A DNA stretch of 64,000 bases from positions 310,001 to 374,000 of the forward strand of contig MU004183.1 in NCBI GenBank assembly GCA_010093605.1, given 5' to 3'. Both the position numbers and the translations under genes were made by a program. The DNA comes from Lophium mytilinum (lineage: Eukaryota). Under the pieces are notes generated by a model. That model worked only from the letters and a program-made list of their open reading frames with translations, made no database searches and was not told where the DNA came from. Below, one piece after another: positions 39,552 through 51,468 of this stretch (its first letter is position 1; each line of letters begins with the position of its first letter).

Positions 39552-40590
39552 TCAAACAACCACAAACGGCTCCTCATGACTTCGATCACCCAACCCTCTC
39601 GCAAGCCCGTCCTTGACAACATCCCAAGTGACTTCATCATATCGTCTCCCCTTGACTCCTCCGTCATGCAACGCCTGCCTGTACCTCCCCGTAGCAATGC
39701 GCCTCGCCATAACCGTATCCCTCGCCCCATGTAGATTCCTCCCCTTCCCCTCAACCAAGTACTCCTCAACCCACCCCTCCTCCTCCTCGTCCAGCGGCAG
39801 ATCCACCAGCTCCGCACCCCTCGCCGCCTTCCTTACCCCCGAAAACGCCCCCAGCGCGCTCGCCACCACAATCTCCACCAACCCCCTCCGCTCATCCTCG
39901 GGCCGTCCCCGCACAAAGTAGAACGCCTCGACCACGCTCCGCTCCGCCAGGTAATCCACGAATTTGTCCCGCACCTCCTTGCGCTCGAGCGGCGGCCGCA
40001 CGGCGTGGAAGTAGGCGAGCGCGAGCTTCTCGTCCTCGCCGCCGCGCGCGTGCTTCAGCAGGCACTCGAGCACCTCCTCGGTGTAGGTGGGCAGTAGGCT
40101 CGGGTGCGAGAGAAATTCGACGGCGGTGAGGAACTGCTGGCGGTCCAGGGCGTGCAGGCCCTCCATGAAGGTCCACAGCTTCTGCGGCATGAGGGTCGCG
40201 GTGGCGAAGGCGGCGGCGAGCTCGTGCTCGGTGTGCGTCGAGGGGGAGAGGTCTTTGAGGAGGTAGAAGAGCAGGCATTGTTTTTGGGGGTCCGGGATTG
40301 GGGCGTGGGTGATGGTTTTGTGGAGGGCGGCGAGGTCGGAGGGCGTGCGGGGGGGATAGTGGTGGGCGACTGTTGTAGGGTAGATTAGTTAGAGTAGGGT
40401 ATGGGAGCGGTAGGGTGAACGGATGTGTGGGTGACGTGCCTTTTACGCCCAAGGTGTCTACCAGCCGGTCGAAAAACAGCTTGTTGTCGAGCTTGCGCCG
40501 ATTGGCGATGATCTCGTTGTGGAGGTTTTCTGGGTAGCCGTGTGCGACGGCATGAGGGAACACCTCCTTGTACTTGGATATGTCCAGCAT
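39552..40590 (-). CDS. ELYS-like nuclear pore assembly protein (Ely5-like); exons 40590-40440, 40369-39552
   Basis: LFFDRL...YPP...L.ALH..I...CLLFYLLKD...FMEGLHALD...A...L.HPSL...ALAYFHAVRP pattern; continuity requires a GC-AG intron. Confidence 0.82.
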
Positions 40591-42399
40591 GATTCGTAGG
40601 TTTTCCGTTCGAAGTGAGGTGGGTTGACTGGGATGAGGTTTGGTGTTGATGTTTTGATGAGCGACGAGGTCGGAGCGCGGGATGTCTTCCGCGGCCCCCA
40701 AGCAAAACGCGACACCACGCTCACCCTCACCACTATATGTCGCCCGTCTTGAGGGTACTTCGTATTGCTCCAAGTGGCACCTAAAAGCACGAGTTGTTGT
40801 TCCTGGTCGATTCAAACTGACTAGGCCGCTGCAGACGAGACTTTTTGAGTCTCCAGAGTATACTTTTCCATTCTCGTGGCTTTCCAATGCTCTATAGCAA
40901 TGCTCTATGCTAGGAGTCAAAATATGTAGTTGCTGATCAGAATCAGGCGCATCCAGTCTAATTCTCTTCTTCTTCTCGTTGATAATACAGCAATCTTCTT
41001 CGGGATATTCTTTGTTATTATCGGCATTCCCCTCTTGGTATAGGCCATTTCAACTTCTATACTCCTCTCGATCTCCCTTCACAGTTCTCATATACGGGTT
41101 ACTAATCATATGTTTACTCGATAACTGTGGAAAGGTCTCGCCCCGAACCTACCACAAGTAGTACATCATGGCCCGGATTGCTCCCCACGGTTTGCACGCA
41201 TGGGGAACCAAGGACGTAATCTGTTCCTCAAACTGCCCTCAATGACACAATACTCCTGCTCCTCGATCGTAAATCAAGCCTTCCCGGAATTTCACGGAAG
41301 ACTTGGTCATTCCACCTGGGCACGAGCTGCACCGGGAACATCTAAACGAGGAGTCTTATAACTCAATCTTGGGTTGGCGTACGCCACGATGTCAGCACGC
41401 GCATTGCTCTATCGGCCTCCCTGGCCTTCGCCATAAGTTCTCGTTCGTTCCGGTGTCTGTTTCTGCGGGACATAGCCCCCATATCCACGGAGGCCTGCTC
41501 TTTCAATGTATCTCGGAATTGTACAATTTCGACGGACTGCATTAGTACACTCTAGCCAAGGTTCCAAGATTTTACCGGCCGCTTTGGATATATCTCTCAT
41601 TGTTCCCCAAAGCACCTCGTCTCCCAAGCTTCGGCCTAAGATATTAGCCGCAATATGAAGACCGTCTACTGCAATAAGAGGTTCGTTTACATCCTATGCT
41701 CCCTCTAAGCGACATACACTCGTCGCCTGTCTACGCTGGATCGTGTCTTTCCGATAATTCCAGGCCAAGCAGCCCACGAAACATTGCCAAGTTGAGGGTC
41801 CGCACTGGCGCAAAGTCAGAATAGCAATTAATCAACTTTCCGGGCTTTTAAACACCCAGTGGACTCGAGTTTGTTCTACCAACTTTAGCATATAGGGTAG
41901 CAGCTCTGAAAAGGCAGTCGTCAAGATGAAGTATTTCAAACGTATTCGTCAATAGTAACGAAATAGGTACGTTTCAAAGCCAACAGTAGCATCGTTTTCT
42001 CGAGCAGAATTCAAAGTACTGAATTGTAGAGAGCGTTCTCCCAACCCCGGACCCAGAATGAAGAGCTACTCCGCAGGCCAAGCAGCCAAGGGAGACCGCC
42101 AAGACCGTACGATACAGCTCGGCAGCGCCTCATCTCTACTTCGACAGAGGCAGACGAGCTACGGGATTCGGGACACCTCGAGAGCGGAGTAGCTGGATGA
42201 AACCTCATGGAATATGGGGTAAAAATATGGGGTAGCAATAGAATGAATCATAGGATAGTAAAGTATATGAAGGTCTGGAACATCCATGCCGATTCTTTTA
42301 GGAGACACATCATCCATAAAATCGATTTGCGACCTCCTTTCTTTTGCGCGAAAGGCACGAATCTAGTATAATCAAACGAATACCAGAATAGGCGCCGCC

Positions 42400-43793
42400 A
42401 TGGCCACGTCTCCCACCAACTTGTCTGAGAAACACAATACTCAGGACGTGAAGGTTGAAAACGTCGACTCTCTTCCTCAGGATGTCAAAGCGGACGAGGA
42501 AGATTTTCAGTTCACTTTTGGGAAAGCATTAGCAACATTCGTGAGCTTTGTCGTCCTTCCCAATCCTACCCGTCAAGGAACTACGCGGCAGTGATACTGA
42601 CTGAATACCATGGGATAGTCCTTCTTCCTCGGGTACCTTGCAGACGTTTTCTCTCTTACACTTGCCTCAGCTATCTTGACAACGATCAATAGTGACATTG
42701 GTAGGTAGCTGTCCCCGTCATCTAGCTTTGCTCTTCTCTGACATAATTTATCATGTAGGTCCTAGTCCCGAGTATGCCTGGATCATCACTTCACGCCTCA
42801 TTGTCATTGCAGTGATGTCACCCATGGTCGGTCGTTTATCTAACATATTCGGCCGTCGATGGTGCTTCCTGATCGGGGGTGTTCTGGGTGTTGTTGGCTC
42901 CGCCATATCAGCTGCAGGGCAGGACATCAATACTCTGATCGGTGGTGGAGTGATTCTTGGTCTTTCTGCTTCGATGCATCAACTAGCTTGGGCTGCTTTG
43001 GGCGAAATCGTCCCTAAGAAAACACGACCTCTTGCGTTTGGATTCATGCAGACTGGTCTCGCCGTAGCTGCTGGGTTCTCAGCTCCAATATGTACGTATT
43101 TGAAGCTCCAATCTGCCAGTTGGTGTTACTCACATTATCCGCGTAGCCAATGCACTCGTTATCCATACCGGTACCTGGAGGTATGCATATTGGCTCCCAC
43201 TGATCGTGAACGGTCTGGCGTTTGTATTGGTCTTTTTCTTCTACCGGCCCATGAATCAATACATCCGTGAAGAAGGGAAGACTCAATGGCAGCAGTGTGC
43301 AGACCTTGACTGGCTTGGGTTCTTCCTATTGACAGCAGGCCTGACTCTTTTCCTCCTCGGTATTACTTTCGGCGGACACGGCTTCCCGTGGTAAGTGCAG
43401 GCGAAGGAAGTACAGAAAATGATACTAATCTATATATAGGGTCTCAGCTGGACCAATCAGTATGATCGTCATAGGCTTCCTCACACTTGTCGTCCTAGGG
43501 GTCTACGAGGCCTACCACCCGATGCTCTTTCCCATCTTCCCACCTGAGATCTTCCGCAATGTCCGCGGCTTTACCGTCGTAAAAGTGGGTTGAAGTGGGC
43601 GTATGTGCATTCATTTAGGATTGTGTATCTGGTGAGTATCGCGTTTGGGGTTATAGCGACTGTTGCGGTTGCGTTCTTGGCAAATGTGGATGCGCAGATG
43701 ACGAAGGAGGTGGATATCAAACTCGAGGAGGGAGCGCGTATTCATGGGCATACTGATACGGGCGAGGGGCACATTATCAAGAGGGTTGAGTAG
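42400..43793 (+). pseudogene. TRI12-like 14-TM MFS efflux pump with a large internal deletion and frameshift
   Basis: VGRLSNIFGRRW, GEIVPKKTR, DWLG.FL..AGLTLFLLG; the frame stops at TGA 43591-43593 just after FRNVRGFTVVK, while the family C-terminus (KWAYVHSFRIVYLVSIAFG) follows at once in another frame. Confidence 0.75.
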
Positions 43794-44018
43794 GTGGAGA
43801 GAGTTTTCTATCAGCGGCCGGATGGAATCGGTAGCTCTGCGAATCTGAGAGTATTATTTCGCCGGACTAGATACTGGAAGAGAAGTTCTATATATACATA
43901 TATGGCCATCTTAACGCGCTAGACAGTGCTGACAAGAAACTGAAACCACTTCAGAGGATCCCATGTCCCAGTGTACAGCACCAAGAAAAAATATCAGCCG
44001 ATACCCCATCCCCGATGC

Positions 44019-45031
44019 TCACTTCTCCGTCCGCACCACCCCATCAACCCACCGACTATTCCTCCCATCCAGCTCCCCCACCCTTGTGGCGTCCAACTCC
44101 GTCGGCGAGCTTGTCAACTGAGGATGGGCATGGTGCGGCGCGCTATAGTTCTCCGGACTCTCGGCCACATGTGCGTACTGGGTTTGATTCTGCGTCTGCG
44201 TCTGCTGATACCGCTGCTGCTGCTGTAGCTGCGCGACCCACGCCCTCCTATCCTCGTCCGAAGAGCCAGTGTACTTCGCCGGGTTGTTTGCCGTATTTTT
44301 CCTCTTCTCGCGGTAGAGGAGGTACGATACCCCCAGCAAGGCGAGCGCTAGTGGGGCGCCGACGCCTGCACCGATGGCGGCGTATGTGCTGGTATGGCTT
44401 TGGGGCGTAGCGGCGCCGTTGCCGTTTCCGGATGCTGTTATGGTCACTGTCTGAGTAGTGGCTGATTCCGTCGAGTTGGCTGTCGAGCTAGGGTCCTGCT
44501 TGTGGGTTGAGTTGAACACCTCTGTGGAGCCTGTGCTCCGATCCGTAATGACTTTTCCGAATGAGAGCCCGAAGGGTGAAGTTGGTTTGTCGCCGTAATC
44601 GCATGTGTCGTTGGCGGAGTTGTAGGTGCCGATGTCGCAGCAGAAGAGGCGGATTCCTTGGGTGAGGTCGACGAAGAGGCCGGTGGGCATGATCGGGAGG
44701 CCTGAGCGTGCTGGGGAGGGGTCAGCGGTTGAAGTGTGTATGGAGTATTGGGAAGGGGTGGTTACGAACCTTCTTTGCATAGCTGGAAGCAGTCTGATGC
44801 GTCCCAGGTTGGATCTGTGCAAGACTGCTGGGAAATTGTTCCGGCGGTATCATAGCAGAGGCCGTTATCGAGGCAGAAGTCGTCGGGACCACAGCAGTGG
44901 GATTCGTTTGCGGATTCGTTGCATGGACGGTGGGTAGGAGAGACGACTTTGTTAGGCCAGTAGCATGTCTGTGGACTAGCATACACCAGGTGCGACAGGA
45001 GTAATACAAATAGAAAGGATATCAAATGCAT
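44019..45031 (-). CDS. Cys-rich secreted ectodomain, Ser/Thr stalk and single TM (cell-surface sensor-like); exons 45031-44770, 44710-44019
   Basis: Signal peptide; CYWPN...C...CC...C.DNGLC...SCTDPTW..C..LC; TM AIGAGVGAPLALALLG followed by REKRK; PTELD/GELD tail motifs. Confidence 0.8.
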
Positions 45032-45875
45032 ATCGCTGCCAATATGCTTTTGAGACTTCGAAGAGCAGAGCAGGCGAGATTAGACTATGAGAAAAGAACA
45101 AAAGGAGCAAAGACGACGGAAAGCAACTGGGGCGACGTAGCATTTTGACAATAGTAGTCTTCAAGCCGAACCCATGGTGCGAGACCTGGTGAAGTGCTGT
45201 TTCAAGATATGTACATAGCCGCTGCTGTGCCGCAACGACCGTAAGGCGTTCCACGAGGCGCCTCAAGGCACACATGATTTTAGAATGAACAAGTTGCAAA
45301 TAGCTCGGCTGCGTATAATAGTTGGTCGTTGTCCTCGAGGAACAGTATTACTCTGCCCAGAGCTTGAAACATAGGCTCTGAGACAGGCGACTCAAAGTTT
45401 GTTGCCGTTGAAAAGGACCCCTGGACACGTCTTCTTCAGGCATATAATCTCAGCTACCACCAACATGCAGGCCTGTCGGCTACGGCCCGCTCTTTTACCT
45501 TGTCAGAAAGAACACGGTGTGCTAGACGAGGCTGACTTGCATCGCCGAGGCTGTCTGTCATTGGTCGATGCCATACAGGTACATTCGCCTTTCCAGGAAA
45601 CAACACCAGTAGCGGCCCGGGTTGCTATGCGGCGCGAATCCCGATATTTGAACACATTCCCAAGCTTCTTGATCCTCTGAGCGTGATATTGACGAAAAAT
45701 AGATCTTTACTCGACCACATTAGTCATAACGTCATAAGATAGCTGGTACGGTAGTTTTATAGCTGGGAAACTCTGAAAGACCGCTCGTTCCCAAGGATGC
45801 TCGCTCCAATTATCTACCAAGAGGGTCATAAACTCGTGTAATTAGTGTTTGGAGAGATCTCGTCTTCCACTCTCT

Positions 45876-47620
45876 TTACTGCTGGATGGCAACTCCAATC
45901 GAGCTCAAATAAAAGCACCTCCCCTTCTGGTCATCCGGCACAACCTCCATAGCCGTTTCTCCAGTTCTGAACTTGAGCCTTTGATACCCATCAAGGGTCC
46001 ACTCCTCCCACTCCGGCGTTCCAGGAAGTCTGTACGTGTTCGGGTTGAAGCTACGCACGAAGCTGGTCCAGTACGCCTGCACCACTGGCACTATCGGCGC
46101 ATTCGTCGTGTTGTAGCTGGGTGGTGCGCCGCCGTTCACATTCTCTGGCCCCCATATGGCGTTGACTTCAACGGTATGCTTCACACCATATCCAACAGCG
46201 TCGTCATCGGGGTCGTGCACGTCCCAGTGGTAGTTCCAGTTGGATTTCAGTCCCAGGCTGCTATAGGCATTAGAGATAAAGATTCCGGGGCATATGTATC
46301 GCATCTCCCCGTACGCGTTGCTGACTTGTCGCCAGTAGCGACCCGAGTCCGGGAACTGCTCTGCTACAGGATAGATGATGCTTATGGTGCGGAGGTCATC
46401 CAAGGTCAATGCCGGGAACTGGTTTTGGAGAAAGACGGACGAATTGCCAATGCTGTTTGTCAGCTTCGGGGTGAAAACAGTGCCTTCGTTAGTGTCGTCC
46501 CCGTATATTGCGGGCAAACGAAGGAAGCGTCCTTGCTCATAAGCTCGATAGGTGTAATCTTGAATGAGGTCGCCGTCGAGAGTTGGACCGTACATGTATA
46601 GCGGAGCTTGCTGGGCTCCCGGAAACGGTGTGTTGAAGTTGTTCTCTTGGAGAAATGTCGCATTCAAGCTTCGAAGGCAAGATAACGTGTCAACCTCCTC
46701 CAAACATCCCGTCCGGATAATAAGATTGTCGTAGGCGAATTGGCTTTCGTCAGCGGTCATCACGGCGGCAAAGGATTGAGACTCTGCTGCAGTAGCATGA
46801 AAGAGGTGATCATCTCTGCCACCATACGCCGTCACGTGCAAGCTGATTGATGCAGCGCCTGCAGAGTTGCCTCCTAGAACCACATGCTGGGGATCACCGC
46901 CAAACTATGAAATCTTATGGTCAGCCTGATCTTGTGCCTGTGATGTTCTCTGTTCGCTGTTCAGGAACTCGCAAGTGGTTCAGAGGTGAGTACTCACCTT
47001 GCATATGTACTTCTGGACCCACTCCATGGCTTTCCTCTGATCTTTCAGTCCGTTGTTTAGGCTACCTCCAGCAACGACCTCTTTACCGGCCAAGAAGCCA
47101 TACGGACCAACTCTGTAGTTGAAGTTGACGACGACAATGTTCATTCCGCTAGCTTGGATCAATCCAGTACCATTGTAGTTGGCATTCGAGTTAGTATTGA
47201 AACCACCGCCCTGGATGAAGAAATAGACGGGTAGCTTCGAAGACTCCGTGGCATTCGTAGGGGCGTAGATGTCCATGAAAAGACAGTCTTCAGAGGCCCT
47301 GCCATCGTTCGGATCTTGAGCAGTGCCAAGGCAGATCAAGCCATGCTGTTCAAGGTCAGTTGAGATTTCCAGAAAATGAATGGTTTGCATCTGACCTTGT
47401 CCGCTATCTGAACAGACTGGTTCGATGGTATTGGGTCTTGAGGAGCCTGGAACCTCAGTTGACCAACCGGTGGTGCAGCGTATCGAATGCCCAACCACTG
47501 CGATATCCCATCGGCCAATGCAGTTCCTTGATAGGAAGTGTATGGAAGGCCCACAAGAGGGTCGACCGCGCCCGCTAGTCGTCCGGTTGCTAGCAAAGCT
47601 AAAGCCAATATTTGCAACAT
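45876..47620 (-). CDS. Secreted type-B carboxylesterase/lipase; 3 exons
   Basis: Signal peptide, WLGIRYAAPP, EDCLF, IQGGGF, NYRVG..GFL, nucleophile motif GNSAG. Confidence 0.93.
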
Positions 47621-48561
47621 GTTAGGCAGTGTTACGGGGTGTGTGATGAGGTAGTAGAGGAGATCAGAAGGGTATAAATATTCTTTGTTTTTATAAAAGT
47701 TAAATCTGCCGACGACTCACTTCATCCTAACTCACTTCATCCTCGTATCACTGGAGCCTACAAGGTGAAGAGTAAGCCCTCGTGGACTTCATTTGCCAGA
47801 TACAGCGCATTACTGCATGATACTAGCTGGTCATGGGTTGGTAAGATGTAACGTAGGCGCCATTCTATTGAATTTCAACGAAAAGCCGTTGCGATGCGGA
47901 GACGATCATGACTAGGTACGGATGAATTCCCCGCAACAGCCTTGTGACCATCGAAGACTAGTACGGCGAGCCATTCCTGGAGCTCCGTATGGAGAGTTAC
48001 AGCCGCTGCAGTCGAATAGCGGATGGAGATGGAGGTCCTGTGGCTTTGTGACATGAAGACTCAGGCTGCGAGGCTTTGAAGTTGAAACCTCCGATGGTCC
48101 AAGCGTATATTGACTTAGTCGTTCTAAGCTTAGTGCACAGTATCTCGCCCATTTCCATGCCTGTTGTGCTCTTCCTCTTTTCCTTGCACAACCCTCTCTT
48201 TTCTATCTCCGCCGTACGTGCATATTGGTGAGTCCGTTTGGGTAACCCCCCAGCAGCATCGGGTCTGGACCGCAGTGGTTCGACGCTGACTAGCTTATTC
48301 GACATCATAGACCCGTGAAGATCCGGGATGCTGTACGATGCGCCGGCCGTTCTAGTAAGCGTAGGCAGTTAGAGGATCTCGTATCACTCTTCAGATGGTG
48401 CGATGCGCGGTCTTATTCAAACAGTTGGGACATCGTAGTAAGCATTTTCGTATTTACATGTACATACATCAACAAGCTACTAGAATTTCTCCGTACATAC
48501 ATATTCAGTACTGTCATTTACTCTCTCGATAGAACGCGTCGTACCCCCCAGACCCTGAAGA

Positions 48562-50745
48562 TTACGCGGGGGTAAGATGCACCTGTGTTCTACCATCCAC
48601 AGGAACCTCGACACTGATTTCCCCGGCCGCATCCGCTTTCACGCTCTTCCCAGCGCCGTAGTTGTACGTCTTCCCGGGCACGAGCCGAGAGACCCCAAGC
48701 TTGAATATGCCGCTAGCCGCAGACGGATAAAGCACGAGGTCCAAGTCTTTGGAGTCGTGCGAGCGAGCTTTCGCGACCAGAACGCCGGGATAGGGAACCG
48801 ACGACAGGATAGGGCCAGCAAGGGCCGTCTCGGACGGACCCTGGAACGAAACCATGTCAGTATTGCAGTCTTGCAAAAAAGGTGACGCAACATACCTCTC
48901 CGATCAACCTCTTCCAGTCTTCTTTCCTCAGTAAAGATGCCCTAATACGGCTTGTCCTCATTGCAAGACTGGCATTCTCCGGATCCAACACCTTGGCTCC
49001 GGTCTTCGTAGTTATGACCCCGAACCCCTCGTCTGTCTTCTTATTGGCCGCCTTTCGTACCTTTTCGTCGCCATATTCGCCCGCCACGTACCCAACATGA
49101 GGGTAGATGGCGAAGTCACTTGCACGATAGTTGCCGGGATCCAACTTGTCAGCACCAACCAAGCCCTTAAGTTCTAGCGAGCCAGACGGTGTGAAGCTGA
49201 CTGCCTCGTGTCTGAAAATTGCCCACATGCGACGCGCGACATGGTCAAGGTATCCTCTACATAATACCGCGTTAACGAGGTCGGTCAACGCGCCGCAAAG
49301 TCCTGGGATAGTGAAGCCCGTCAACTCAGAGCGGATTGGTAGGATTGACCCATCCGGCTCGGTGAAGTTGACATTCAGGGACTCCTCGAATGCAGGTAAG
49401 AGGCGTTCGCTGTGCGTGGTGCCGAACACGCGATCATACACGACCTGCCCGGTGAAACCGTAGAAGTTGCAAGGCGTGTAGATCCAGTTTGGCTCGCAGG
49501 GGAAGAGGCAGTAAGGGTTTGCCTCCCACTGCCGCACCAATGCTTTATCAATCGTGTGGATAGAGTGCGGGAATTCGTCTCCTTTCTTCTCGCTGAGGCG
49601 AAACTTCAGACTTCCGGGTTTCGTATATCGATGGTCACCCGTAACGGACGTGTACAGCATCAAGGCTTGCAAGAAGAAACCTGTTACCATGATGTTGTCC
49701 TCGACGACCGGGTCGTAATCGGTCTTGAACTTCCCCCATCGCGTCTCCCACTTCCAGAATCCCAAAACCTTGGGTGTCATAGCTTTTTCGATGGTATTGA
49801 GGTAAGCGGATGCGGCATAGCCATGGAAATTGGGCGTGTAGATTCCAATATACATGCCGAGACAGTACATCATCTCGTAAAGTTGGTACCGTAGGGCAGA
49901 GGTTTGGAACTGGTCGATAACGTTGAACTCGCTCCAGTCATCGTGCGCTTTGCTCGCTTGGTCGAAGACATATTGGACGACGCGGAGATCTTCAAGGCTC
50001 AGCTCTCGCTCGGCATCTGGAGGCGCTGGCGTCGAGAGTGTGTCAATCGAGGTAAGCTCGTTGGTAATGAAAGTATTTCGGTTGTTTCGCTTTTCCGCAG
50101 CCTTGACACGAGCAGTAGCCGAGAGCCGGTTGAAGTAGGTCATAAAGGCACCCAGTAGGCCGAGGGAGATGATGCCAGCATACGAGAACGTTGTCTTTCC
50201 GGTCGCATAATACGCTCCTGGAATGGAAAGCGCCCAGATGAGGATTGGAAAGAAGATGCCGCCTGCTCCGAACCACTAAGTGTGCCTGAGTAAGTAGGTA
50301 AACGGGGCATGTGTTAGAACGTTGCTTACTGCGAATAAAGCCGGAGGTAGAGAGATAAATGTAAGAAGAAAGAACACGCCTCCAAGAATGTTTGCGCTGG
50401 CAATGTACCCAGCTCCGGGAAATACCAGGCTAAGGGCCGCAGCTCGAACTTTCGGCGAGAGGGCATATTGCCTCTGGTAGAAGACACTCAAGCCCAACAC
50501 CGCTAGAGTCGCCCATAGGAGAAGAGTCCTGTTTTGGACCTTTTTTCGGTGGGTACCAGATCCCACACTCGCGGGAATCAGTTCGCTTTTGCCATCTACA
50601 TCACCAGATTAGTGATACTTGAATATAATTCTCAAACGTACTCACCAGAAAACTTCTTGCTCGCGCTCTTTGGCTTTGCGTTAGATTGACCATTAGCATG
50701 GCCATTCGATTGAATGGAAATGCTTTCTTTGAGGTGCAACATCAT
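48562..50745 (-). CDS. Membrane-anchored linalool dehydratase/isomerase-domain protein (CtvD/AurD-like); exons 50745-50646, 50595-50330, 50275-48896, 48840-48562
   Basis: DQFQTSALRYQL, DPVVEDNIMVTG, FPCEPNWIYTPCN; several hydrophobic helices in the first ~170 aa; about 680 aa in total. Confidence 0.82.
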
Positions 50746-51468
50746 AGAAATTGCTTTCCCACACATGAGAAGAAAAGCACACAGCCTTCCGAAAAAGGCG
50801 AGTTTACATTATGGATATATGGACTACTAGATCACTAACTTCATTCAGGCCTAGGACGGAAACCCCGCCGTTACAATCCCGTCGATTTCCCATTCGTCTT
50901 GGTGTCTTGGAATTGCATACAAAATCTGCATAGTCGCTCGCTGATAGAGATAGAATCGAGTAATGTGGCTGCGGATTTTCAGCCCTAAATGCGGGGGTGG
51001 GCCTACCTATGGGCGATCTTGTTGAGTGAGAAATAGCTGACAAGACAATTCTAGGTTCAGGGACCTCGTAGGTAAAATGTACGACACTATCCCTTGGCCC
51101 GTCGTGGCGCAACGCTCGGACTTTCTCTGTATAAAAGGACAGTCTGGCACTGTTTAAGGTGGCCCGCAAGCCTTTCGGTCTTATTAAAACTGTCCTTTTC
51201 TGATCTCTTGTAATAGACTACAGGACCCCAGGCGGTGCTAGGCTATTGTACGAAAAGCCTAGAGGGCATGTGTTGCTCAAGTATTCCGCTGCAGCTCTCA
51301 CCACTCGAAGCTTCCTATTGGTTGCATTCTTAACGATATTGTAGAGCCAAATGCGACGGGTCAAGGGATAGATGCAAAAACAACATCCCAGAATGAAGCA
51401 GGTACCCGAAGTAACTCAGAAACGGCTTCCGCATAGCTTAAACTAAGCCTTGCGAATGTTCAATGCGA

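Noticed and set aside
47717..47746. Direct duplication ACTCACTTCATCCT x2 upstream of the carboxylesterase
   Set aside because: A simple local slippage duplication with no further support for function.
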